NCBI GenBank assembly: GCA_040876545.1
Contig: JBBDPF010000029.1
Span: 1,056 to 65,055 of the forward strand
Reading direction: 5' to 3'
Length of the DNA: 64,000 bases
DNA from: Balneolaceae bacterium
Lineage (GTDB): Bacteria > Bacteroidota > Rhodothermia > Balneolales > Balneolaceae
The position numbers and the translations under genes are program-made. The notes below the pieces were generated by a model. The model was not told where the DNA came from and made no database searches. It saw nothing but the letters and a program-made list of their open reading frames with translations. Below are positions 56,381 through 64,000 of the stretch, in pieces. The stretch's first letter is position 1. The number at the start of each line of letters is the position of its first letter.

Positions 56381-56420
56381 AAAATAAAAAAGGACAACTC
56401 TATAAATAAAGTTGTCCTTT
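56381..56420 (-). terminator. Rho-independent terminator after tRNA-Val
   Basis: The stem pairs aaggacaac (56390-56398) with gttgtcctt (56411-56419). On the minus strand it is followed by a T-run. Confidence 0.65.
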
Positions 56421-56421
56421 G

Positions 56422-56496
56422 TGGGCGCTGAGGGATTCGAACCCCCGACCCCCTCGGTGTAAACGAGATGCTCTAAACCAACTGAGCTAAGCGCCC
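56422..56496 (-). tRNA. tRNA-Val (anticodon TAC)
   Basis: The reverse complement folds as a cloverleaf: GGGCGCT-TA-GCTC-AGTTGGTTT-AGAGC-A-TCTCG-TTTACAC-CGAGG-GGGTC-GGGGG-TTCGAAT-CCCTC-AGCGCCC-A. The acceptor, D, anticodon and T stems all pair. No CCA is encoded. Confidence 0.9.
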
Positions 56497-56520
56497 TGCA
56501 TTTGTAATCAGGACGCCAAA

Positions 56521-56606
56521 TATAAGAAGGTTAACGTTCTGCACAAAACAGTTTTTACTCTTTCAGAATTTTTTTATTTATAAGAAGAGGTTAACACCGT
56601 TAACCT
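56521..56606. promoter_or_regulatory. repeated motif and palindrome upstream of fadA (candidate operator)
   Basis: A direct repeat is present: tataagaaggttaac (56521-56535) and tataagaagaggttaac (56579-56595). The second copy extends into the 8-3-8 inverted repeat aggttaac-acc-gttaacct (56588-56606). Confidence 0.4.
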
Positions 56607-56656
56607 AAAATACTTATATTGATGAAAAGCTTCTTTAATTAAAAATAGAGTATATT

Positions 56657-57955
56657 ATGCCTGGTAAAAAGAAAAACAAGAGTGTAGTATTTATTGATGG
56701 TGGACGAACACCTTTTTTAAAATCCGGTACTGATTTTAAAAAAATGTCGTCTTATGATTTAGGGCGACTGGCAATTGCCGGGCTGATAACAAAAACAAAA
56801 TTGGACGGCGATCATGTGGATCGCGTCTACTTTGGCAATGTGATCCAGGATATTAACACCAGTAACGTTGCCCGGGAATCCTCTCTGGCGGCAGGACTAC
56901 CCGAGCACATTCCCGCAAACACCATTTCCATGGCATGTATTTCATCCAACATGGCGCTTACTACCGCAATGGATACCATCATCACCGGAAACGCAGCTGC
57001 GGCTGTAGTTGGAGGAACTGAAGTGATGAGTGACATTCCCATCCGTTTTCGAAAAAAATTCCGCCAAAAATTGCTTGAAACACAAAAATATAAATCACCA
57101 ACAGATTACTTAACGTTTCTAAAAGGATTATCTCCTTCCGATTTACTTCCTGAAATTCCTTCCATCGCAGAATTTTCAACCGGAATAACAATGGGGGAAA
57201 GTTGTGATATGATGGCTGCCAAATACGATATTTCGCGGGAAGAACAAGATGCTTATGCCCTGCGCTCCCACCTTCTTGCTGATAAAGCATCAAAATATCT
57301 ATCCGATGATATTTTTCCGATTCCGGTAAATGACGGAGATACGATCATCAGTGAAGATAACGGGATACGTGGGGATAGTACTCCCGAAAAGCTTGCGTCC
57401 CTTCAGCCTTCCTTCATCAAACCGCACGGAACCGTTACTGCCGGGAATTCTTCATTTCTTACCGATGGTGCCTCAGCGGGTCTTATAATGGATGAAGAGT
57501 TTGCTGTTAAACATGGTTACAAACCAAAGGCCACACTTCGTGCTTATAGCTATGTTGCAAACAGACCCGATGACGACTTGCTTATTGGCCCGGCTCATGC
57601 TGTTCCGAAAGTGCTTGACAACATGAATCTTTCCATAGATGATATTGATGTGTTTGAATTTCATGAAGCGTTTGCGGGACAAATGTTAACCGTGCTGAAA
57701 GCCTTGGCCAGTGATTCTTTTGCCAAAGAGCAGTTGAACAGAAAAGAGAAAGTTGGAGTTATTCCCTACAATAAATTGAACAGCTGGGGCGGGTCTTTAT
57801 CAATTGGCCATCCATTTGGCGCCACCGGTGTGCGACTTGTAACAACTGCGGCAAACCGGCTCATCCATGAAAATGGTAAATATGCCTTAATCGCTGCATG
57901 TGCTGCCGGCGGACAGGGTCATGCCATGATTATTGAACGATATGAAAGTGAATAA
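56657..57955 (+). CDS. fadA: acetyl-CoA C-acyltransferase (3-ketoacyl-CoA thiolase)
   Basis: The translation has the nucleophile Cys in MACISSN, the His in FEFHEAFAG, the motif GGSLSIGHPFGATG and the C-terminal ACAAGGQG. Confidence 0.9.
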   Translation: MPGKKKNKSVVFIDGGRTPFLKSGTDFKKMSSYDLGRLAIAGLITKTKLDGDHVDRVYFGNVIQDINTSNVARESSLAAGLPEHIPANTISMACISSNMALTTAMDTIITGNAAAAVVGGTEVMSDIPIRFRKKFRQKLLETQKYKSPTDYLTFLKGLSPSDLLPEIPSIAEFSTGITMGESCDMMAAKYDISREEQDAYALRSHLLADKASKYLSDDIFPIPVNDGDTIISEDNGIRGDSTPEKLASLQPSFIKPHGTVTAGNSSFLTDGASAGLIMDEEFAVKHGYKPKATLRAYSYVANRPDDDLLIGPAHAVPKVLDNMNLSIDDIDVFEFHEAFAGQMLTVLKALASDSFAKEQLNRKEKVGVIPYNKLNSWGGSLSIGHPFGATGVRLVTTAANRLIHENGKYALIAACAAGGQGHAMIIERYESE

Positions 57956-58008
57956 AAGACTGATTTTCTAAAAGACATCAACACAACAAATTATCAAATA
58001 ACAATATC

Positions 58009-60135
58009 ATGAGCACAAAATCTATTCTTCATTCTGAAATAATAAAGAACGTTGCAGTTGTCACTTTAAACACTCCCGGTGAAAAAGTTAATAAGCTTGA
58101 TGAAAAACTAATTGATGAGTTTTCAACATTTTTAGATGAATTGGAGTCTGATAAAGAGCTTCTGGGAGCCGTACTTCTAAGTGGGAAAAAAGAAAATTTT
58201 ATTGCAGGAGCAGATATTGAAATGTTTAAAACCCGAACTACAGCTAAGGAGCTTTCTGAGCTCAGCTGGACAGGCCATGAAATTTTAAACCGGGTTGAAA
58301 ACTTCAAAAAACCTATCGTAGTTGGAATTCATGGAACCTGCATGGGGGGCGGTACGGAGCTTGCATTAGCTTGTCATTACCGAATAGTATCAGATCATTC
58401 AGCAACCAAAATTGGGCTGCCTGAAGTAAAACTTGGGTTACTTCCGGGAATGGGTGGAACCCAACGCCTGCCTCGATTAATAGGACTTCAAAAATCACTC
58501 CCCTATTTACTGACCGGGAAAAATATGTATGCTTATCAGGCAAAGAAAACAGGCTTTGCTAACGAAGTTATTCATCAATATGGGTTAAAAGATGCCGGAA
58601 TGAGTGCGGTAAAAAAACTGTCAAAAAAGAAAATAAAGTCACCGGATAAAAGAGCTATTCCCGAAAAACTTATCGAGGGAAACCCATTAGGACGAAGCGT
58701 AATTTTTAAACAGGCACGGAAAATGACGCTGAGACAAACCAAGGGAAATTACCCGGCCCCTTTAAAAATTATTGATTCAGTAGCATTCGGTTTGAAAAAT
58801 GGTTTTAAAGAAGGCCTTAAGAACGAATCAAAACTCTTTGGAGAACTTGCAGTAACTCCAGAGTCGCGGGCATTAGTAAACCTCTTTTTCGGGATAACAA
58901 ATGCCAAAAAGAATCCTCTGGAAAAGGAGAAACATGAGGTTAAAAATATAGGTGTACTTGGTGCCGGCTTGATGGGATCGGGAATTTCACAGGTGAGTAT
59001 TCAAAATGGATATCATGTGTGGCTTAAAGATCAACAAATCGATCAGGCCGTGAATGGTAAATCTACCATTGAAAAAGATCTGCAAAGTCAGGTAGATAAA
59101 CGAATTCTATCGGATTTTGAAAAAGATGATCTGATCAGCAAAGTTCATCCTACCGCTTCTTATGATGGGTTCGATAAAATTGATGTTGTGATTGAAGCTG
59201 TTTTTGAAGATCTGAATTTAAAACAAACTATCGTGGAGGAAGTGGAGAAAAACTCAGATGAACATTGTATTTTCGCTTCCAATACCTCTTCCCTACCAAT
59301 CAGTGATATTGCAGCGAAAGCAAAACGGCCGGAAAATATCATTGGGATGCACTACTTTTCTCCTGTTCAAAAAATGCCGCTTTTGGAAATCATCAAAACA
59401 GAAAAAACCGCTGACTGGGTAACCGCAACAGCGTATGATATTGGAGTCCAACAAGGAAAAACGGTAATTGTGGTGAACGATGGCCCCGGATTTTATACCA
59501 CCCGCATTCTCGCTCCCTTTATGAATGAAGCCCTCCTTCTTTTGGAAGAAGGAGCCTCCATCGAACAGCTGGACAGGGCCATGAAAAATTATGGATTTCC
59601 TGTTGGCCCGATTGCACTGCTTGATGAGGTCGGGATTGATGTTGGCGCACACGTTGCTAAAACGCTCAGTGATGAATTTAAATCACGCGGAGCCAAAACA
59701 AGCACGAAGGCAAAAGAACTTTTAGATGCCGGGTATAAGGGGCGAAAGAACAAAAAAGGGTTTTACAAGTATGAATCAGGCTCCAAGAAAAAAGAGGTTA
59801 ATACAGACATCTATGAGTATTTTGGAGGAACGGACCGGAAGAAATTCAGCGACACCGAAATACAGGAACGGCTTTTCTTGGTGATGGTTAATGAAGCCAT
59901 ACTTTGTTTGGAAGAAGGAATTCTTACAAAACCTGTAGACGGAGATCTCGGAGCCATTCTTGGCCTTGGTTTTCCACCCTTTTTAGGAGGCCCCTTTCGT
60001 TATGTTGACCGCAAGGGGGCAAACGCTGTTCAAGAACAAATGAAAAAACTTAAGGGTGAACATGGTGCCCGTTTTAAACCGGCCGATCTGCTCGTTGAAA
60101 AAGCTACAAACGGAGAATTTTTCTACACTGATTAA
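58009..60135 (+). CDS. fadB: multifunctional enoyl-CoA hydratase / 3-hydroxyacyl-CoA dehydrogenase
   Basis: The N-terminal crotonase fold (FIAGADI, GGG.ELALAC) is followed by the NAD-binding motif [12 protein letters not shown] and a 3-hydroxyacyl-CoA dehydrogenase C-terminal domain. Confidence 0.9.
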   Translation: MSTKSILHSEIIKNVAVVTLNTPGEKVNKLDEKLIDEFSTFLDELESDKELLGAVLLSGKKENFIAGADIEMFKTRTTAKELSELSWTGHEILNRVENFKKPIVVGIHGTCMGGGTELALACHYRIVSDHSATKIGLPEVKLGLLPGMGGTQRLPRLIGLQKSLPYLLTGKNMYAYQAKKTGFANEVIHQYGLKDAGMSAVKKLSKKKIKSPDKRAIPEKLIEGNPLGRSVIFKQARKMTLRQTKGNYPAPLKIIDSVAFGLKNGFKEGLKNESKLFGELAVTPESRALVNLFFGITNAKKNPLEKEKHEVKNIGVLGAGLMGSGISQVSIQNGYHVWLKDQQIDQAVNGKSTIEKDLQSQVDKRILSDFEKDDLISKVHPTASYDGFDKIDVVIEAVFEDLNLKQTIVEEVEKNSDEHCIFASNTSSLPISDIAAKAKRPENIIGMHYFSPVQKMPLLEIIKTEKTADWVTATAYDIGVQQGKTVIVVNDGPGFYTTRILAPFMNEALLLLEEGASIEQLDRAMKNYGFPVGPIALLDEVGIDVGAHVAKTLSDEFKSRGAKTSTKAKELLDAGYKGRKNKKGFYKYESGSKKKEVNTDIYEYFGGTDRKKFSDTEIQERLFLVMVNEAILCLEEGILTKPVDGDLGAILGLGFPPFLGGPFRYVDRKGANAVQEQMKKLKGEHGARFKPADLLVEKATNGEFFYTD

Positions 60136-60232
60136 CCTTTATACAGAACCATGGTTTGGTAAATACGTTGTACTCAGGGTTTAAAAATGGTATCTTTTCC
60201 CTGCTGAAAAAATTTAACTTAAAACTTCGTTT

Positions 60233-60550
60233 ATGACTTTATTAAACCTGTATTTTTTGATGGGATCACCTGATGGCGGTGGCGATGGTGCCTTAATTAA
60301 CCTTCTGTTTCTGGGAGCCCTCTTTTTTGTATTCTATTTTTTCATTATTCGTCCTCAAAGCAAGCGCCAAAAAGAGATACAAACGAAAGTATCTGAAATG
60401 AAAAAAGGTGACAAAGTTGTTACCGGTGGCGGAATGCTTGGTACTGTAAATTCAATTGATGACGACACAGTGCTTTTAGAAATCGACAGTGGTGTTAAAG
60501 CACGGTTTCAAAAGTCTGCAATCACGGATGTAAATCCCAATAAGAAGTAA
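60233..60550 (+). CDS. yajC: preprotein translocase subunit YajC
   Basis: A single transmembrane helix is followed by FFIIRPQSKRQKE...MKKGDKVVT.GG..G.V, which is typical of YajC. Confidence 0.8.
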   Translation: MTLLNLYFLMGSPDGGGDGALINLLFLGALFFVFYFFIIRPQSKRQKEIQTKVSEMKKGDKVVTGGGMLGTVNSIDDDTVLLEIDSGVKARFQKSAITDVNPNKK

Positions 60551-60620
60551 ATTTAATTGATGGTGGAACAGAAGGAGTAAATTTTTCTGTTTTGTTAATG
60601 CCATTACTCGGAGATAAGTT

Positions 60621-61844
60621 ATGCCAGAAAATCCATTCCATAGTATACCGGAAGCTGTTGAAGATATCCGCAATGGAAAAATGATCATTGTTGTAGATGA
60701 CGAAGATCGTGAAAATGAAGGGGATTTTCTGATGGCGGCAGATAAGGCCACACCTGAAGCCGTTAATATAATGGTAAAGCATGGCAGAGGCTTGGTTTGT
60801 GTGCCTATTACCCGTGGCAGAGCCCACGAGTTGAAACTCGACTATATGGTTTCAGAAGGTGCAGATCCCGATGAGGCCGCTTTTACAATTTCCGTTGATC
60901 ATAAAAAACTGACCACAACCGGAATCTCTGCTCCCGACAGATCCAACACCATTAAAGAGATCATCAACCCGGAAGCAAAACCCGGAGACTTTCGCCGACC
61001 CGGACACGTATTTCCGCTGATTGGCGTAGATGGAGGTGTTTTGCGCCGTGCCGGACACACCGAGGCCGCTATTGATTTTGCCCGCCTTGCTGATTGTGCA
61101 CCCGCAGGAATTATCTGCGAAATTATGCATGATGATGGTGAAATGGCACGCCTACCTGAGCTGATTACCCTCTCCAAAAAATTTGATATGAAACTGGTGA
61201 CAATCAAGGATTTGATTGAATACCGCATGGAGCACGAATCTCTCATCAAAGAAATTTTTACCGTAGACATGCCCACCATTTATGGTGATTTTGATCTCCA
61301 TGTGTTTGAAGAATCACTGACCGGCGATCATCATTTGGCATTTGTGAAAGGGGCGTGGTCGGAGGATGACACCGTATTGGTTCGTGTTCATTCAGCCAAT
61401 GCGTTGGGTGATATTTTTGGCAGTAAACGAAGTGATAAAACAGCCCTTCTTCAACAGGCTATGAAAATGGTAGACGAATCTGAAAGCGGAGTTGTACTGT
61501 ACATGAACCAGATGAGCCGTGAACAAGGAGTGGTTGATCAGCTGCTGGCCATTAAACTTCAGGATGATGGCTTGAGTAAGGAAGAGATCAAAAATAAGCT
61601 GGGCGTAAAAATAGATTCACGTGATTATGGTGTTGGCGCTCAAATTTTACACTCTCTTGGCGTTCGAAAATTACGATTACTCACCAATAATCCTGTGAAA
61701 CGTGTTGGGCTTAAAAGTTTTGGGCTTGAAATGGTTGAAGAGGTTTCTATCCCAACCGATCATTTGGATTTAACCCATCACGAAGAGAAGTTGGATAAAG
61801 TTGAAACAAAAGATGGGTTTCTAAAAAACCTGATGCTCGAATAG
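60621..61844 (+). CDS. ribB: 3,4-dihydroxy-2-butanone-4-phosphate synthase fused to a degenerate GTP-cyclohydrolase-II-like domain (RibBX-like)
   Basis: The N-terminal half has intact RibB motifs (VVDDEDRENEGD, GHTEAA). The C-terminal half aligns with RibA but reads VHSANALGD...KRSDKT where RibA has VHSECLTGD...LRCDCG, so all three Zn-ligand Cys are absent. Confidence 0.85.
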   Translation: MPENPFHSIPEAVEDIRNGKMIIVVDDEDRENEGDFLMAADKATPEAVNIMVKHGRGLVCVPITRGRAHELKLDYMVSEGADPDEAAFTISVDHKKLTTTGISAPDRSNTIKEIINPEAKPGDFRRPGHVFPLIGVDGGVLRRAGHTEAAIDFARLADCAPAGIICEIMHDDGEMARLPELITLSKKFDMKLVTIKDLIEYRMEHESLIKEIFTVDMPTIYGDFDLHVFEESLTGDHHLAFVKGAWSEDDTVLVRVHSANALGDIFGSKRSDKTALLQQAMKMVDESESGVVLYMNQMSREQGVVDQLLAIKLQDDGLSKEEIKNKLGVKIDSRDYGVGAQILHSLGVRKLRLLTNNPVKRVGLKSFGLEMVEEVSIPTDHLDLTHHEEKLDKVETKDGFLKNLMLE

Positions 61845-61865
61845 AGATTCATCAGACCTAAATAA

Positions 61866-62459
61866 TTACATTTCTATACTGCTTTTATCCTGCCTCATTG
61901 GGTTTTCATCTTGTTGATCGCTCTCTTTTAAAGCTTCCTCCTCTACCGGTAAAATTTTCTTATGGAAAAGAAGCATAGCTATTATGGATGTGCTTATAGC
62001 TATGTCTGCAACATTAAAAATATAGGGAAACACCGGTGTATCCCACAGGACAAGGTTAAAGTGAATAAAGTCTACAACATGTCCATCAAGAACGCCACCA
62101 TAGCCGCCAACAATTGCCATAAATAATCGATCAGCTATATTTCCCAAAGCCCCGCCAACAATCAGCCCCATGCAAAGCAGATAGTAAAAATTAGCGTTGT
62201 GCAATGTTTTTAAAATATAGAACAGAATCCCAATGGTTGCCAAAATCGCTACAATACTGATGGCCTGCGTAGACAACCAGTCCATGCCTAAGGCCATGCC
62301 CGGATTTTTTGTAAAATTGAACGCAAGCCAACCATCAATCACATCAAGCCGATGAAGACTAGGATTCGTTCGAACCCATTGTTTTGAAACCTGATCAAGA
62401 ATCAAAATAATGATTGCGGGCACGAAGAGTACTGCTAATTTTTTATTGCGAAGTGACAA
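61866..62459 (-). CDS. lspA: lipoprotein signal peptidase (signal peptidase II)
   Basis: The protein has four transmembrane helices and the motifs NPGMALG and FNVADIAIS. Confidence 0.85.
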   Translation of the reverse strand: MSLRNKKLAVLFVPAIIILILDQVSKQWVRTNPSLHRLDVIDGWLAFNFTKNPGMALGMDWLSTQAISIVAILATIGILFYILKTLHNANFYYLLCMGLIVGGALGNIADRLFMAIVGGYGGVLDGHVVDFIHFNLVLWDTPVFPYIFNVADIAISTSIIAMLLFHKKILPVEEEALKESDQQDENPMRQDKSSIEM

Positions 62460-62464
62460 AGGGA

Positions 62465-62869
62465 TTATCTGCGTTTTAGTTTTGCATCGATACTCAACTG
62501 AGTGTGCGGAACCGCTTCAAGGCGCCCTTTGGCAATCTTATTACCTGTTACTTTGCACACACCGTACGTTTTGTTATCAATTCGTGTAAGTGCATCATCC
62601 AGGTATCGAACGAATTTTTTTGTCCGATTAAAAAGCATATATGTTTTTTCACGTTCCTGTGCATCCGTACCTGCATCCGCCATATGAAATGAGTATGCCG
62701 ATTCATCAGATGCATTTTCCATGCTTTCTTTCAAAGAATTCTGCAGGGTATTTAGTTCGTTTTCAGCTTCTTCACGTTTCGATAAAATGATTTCCCGAAA
62801 ATATTCGAGTTCTTCATCGTTATACGGTGAAATACGCTTACTCTCTTTGGAATCTTTTGAAGATGCCAT
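62465..62869 (-). CDS. DksA/TraR family protein (single-Cys variant)
   Basis: A DksA-like coiled coil is followed by the tail YGVCKVTGNKIAKGRLEAVPHTQLSIDAK. This is the finger region with one Cys instead of four. Confidence 0.75.
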   Translation of the reverse strand: MASSKDSKESKRISPYNDEELEYFREIILSKREEAENELNTLQNSLKESMENASDESAYSFHMADAGTDAQEREKTYMLFNRTKKFVRYLDDALTRIDNKTYGVCKVTGNKIAKGRLEAVPHTQLSIDAKLKRR

Positions 62870-62884
62870 AAGCCTTATCCTTTT

Positions 62885-64000
62885 TTAACTGTTAATGGTT
62901 CGTTGAATAGAAATTTCGCAATTCTGTCCTTCTATATCCCAAGACTTAACAAAGTCTGGAGCTTCCAAAAGTTCATTGTCTACTTTTTCTGCTAAAGTTT
63001 CTGTTTTAATATTTTCCAGCCTTGCAGTGATCGCTTTTCGGAGATCATCTGATCCGCTAAATCCAATTTCAATACGGTCTGTTACTTCATAATCCGCTTC
63101 TTTCCGCATGTTTTGAACACGATTCATAAATTCCCTGGCCATTCCCTCCTGACGGAGTTCATCAGTTAGGTCGGTGTCTACTGCAACGGTAATTCCATCT
63201 TGTGTTTCAACTGACCACCCTTCCAAACCGGTTCGTTGGATTTCTAACTCATCGCCACTAATTGTAACGACATCATCTTCATCCATATCTAACTGAATGC
63301 TGCCAACGCTTTCGAACTTAGTAATTTGATCACTGGTTAATTTACTAATTTTCCCAGCAACTGCCTTCATCCTTTTACCAAGTCTTTTTCCTAATACAGG
63401 AAAATTTGGTTTTGCGGCTTTACTGACAATCCCCGAATCATCATCAACAAATTGGATGTCTTTAACGTTAACTTCATCCAAAATAATATCTTTCACCGCT
63501 TCAACAATTGAACGATCTTCTTCATTCATCGGCAAAATAATCTTCGCAAGCGGCTGACGCACATTTATATCTATCTGATTTCTAACCCGAAGTACCACCG
63601 TACTTATCGTTCTGGCAATATCCATCCGCCGCTCGAGCTGTTTATCGATCGCTGTTTCCTCAACCGTTGGGTAAAACGAAAGATGAACTGATTTTTCATC
63701 TTTTTCGGTTACATCATTCAGTTTTTGGAACAGCCACTCTCCTAAATACGGAGCAATTGGACTGATGATTTTTGATAGACTTGCAAGACACTCATAAAGT
63801 GTTTGATAAGCAGCTGTTTTATTCAGGCTTTTTCCTTCTTTCCAGAAACGCCGTCTGTTTCGTCGAACATACCAATTGCTCATCTCTTCAACAAACTGCT
63901 CAATTTCGCGGGCAGCTTTTGTCGGTTCATACTCTTCAAGGTGCTCATCCACAATTTTGATCACACTGTTCAGTCGAGAAATAATCCAGCGATCCATTTC
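62885..64000 (-). CDS. ileS: isoleucine--tRNA ligase, C-terminal part (gene continues beyond the right edge)
   Basis: The translation covers the anticodon-binding and C-terminal region (DRWIISRLN...NWYVRRNRRRFW). The ORF is open to the window end. The ileS-dksA-lspA order fits a known synteny. Confidence 0.9.
   Translation of the reverse strand, partial: EMDRWIISRLNSVIKIVDEHLEEYEPTKAAREIEQFVEEMSNWYVRRNRRRFWKEGKSLNKTAAYQTLYECLASLSKIISPIAPYLGEWLFQKLNDVTEKDEKSVHLSFYPTVEETAIDKQLERRMDIARTISTVVLRVRNQIDINVRQPLAKIILPMNEEDRSIVEAVKDIILDEVNVKDIQFVDDDSGIVSKAAKPNFPVLGKRLGKRMKAVAGKISKLTSDQITKFESVGSIQLDMDEDDVVTISGDELEIQRTGLEGWSVETQDGITVAVDTDLTDELRQEGMAREFMNRVQNMRKEADYEVTDRIEIGFSGSDDLRKAITARLENIKTETLAEKVDNELLEAPDFVKSWDIEGQNCEISIQRTINS

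Noticed and set aside
55718-56496. Integrated prophage or genomic island at tRNA-Val
   Set aside because: I found no integrase, no phage or conjugation genes, and by eye no direct repeat of the tRNA 3' end in the flanking ~1 kb. Only the AT-rich spacer is retained as a low-interest observation.
60551-60620. FMN riboswitch upstream of the ribB fusion gene
   Set aside because: Only 70 nt separate yajC from the start codon. This is too short for an RFN element of about 130 nt or more, and no conserved RFN core sequence is visible.

Overview
The window looks like 64 kb of chromosome from a Bacteroidota/Balneolota-like bacterium. That taxonomic guess is low confidence and rests only on gene content, synteny and about 40% GC.

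I support about 73 protein genes, one tRNA-Val, several intrinsic terminators and two families of long hairpin repeats.

The core content is ordinary:
- sufE.
- Acyl-CoA dehydrogenase with mutA-mutB...meaB (methylmalonyl-CoA mutase).
- cdaA-folP-ferredoxin.
- An MsbA-like ABC exporter.
- A TonB-dependent receptor next to an NPP phosphodiesterase.
- DUF349, mscS and dps.
- MATE, TPMT, rsmD-coaD and an aminotransferase.
- plsC and glpK-glpD.
- fadA-fadB, yajC, ribB-fusion, lspA, dksA-like and ileS (partial).

The non-ordinary parts are:
1. About 1 kb of selfish-looking DNA is wedged between mutB and meaB (7996-9019). It is built from three hairpin-bounded units separated by a perfect 40-nt direct repeat that partly copies the meaB start region. 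One unit carries a GxxExxY PD-(D/E)XK nuclease-family gene and another carries a hairpin-rich MITE-like module.
2. A second GxxExxY locus lies at 40.7-41.5 kb. It is frameshifted and flanked by a different hairpin pair.
3. A 10.8-kb island (14006-24758) holds 21 co-directional small genes made almost entirely of paralogous ligand-binding or detox folds. It contains 4 SRPBCC/AHSA1, 5 VOC/PhnB-like, 2 DUF899, 2 RibD_C, 2 ArsR, plus DinB, DoxX, SnoaL, DUF1697 and GNAT. Palindromic operators, covarying terminator hairpins and repeat-family fragments are also present.
4. Several proteins have degenerate catalytic or metal sites. These are a RibB fusion whose GTP-cyclohydrolase-II half lacks all Zn cysteines, an FmdB-like protein with only one Cys, and a LOV-like PAS domain with no Cys.
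5. A large GH13-like gene is translationally coupled to glpKD.
6. A GspG-like / possible actin-fold gene pair sits upstream of rsmD.

I saw no CRISPR array, integrase, transposase, rRNA or recognisable defence system. All homology calls come from motif recognition by eye and were not checked against any database.
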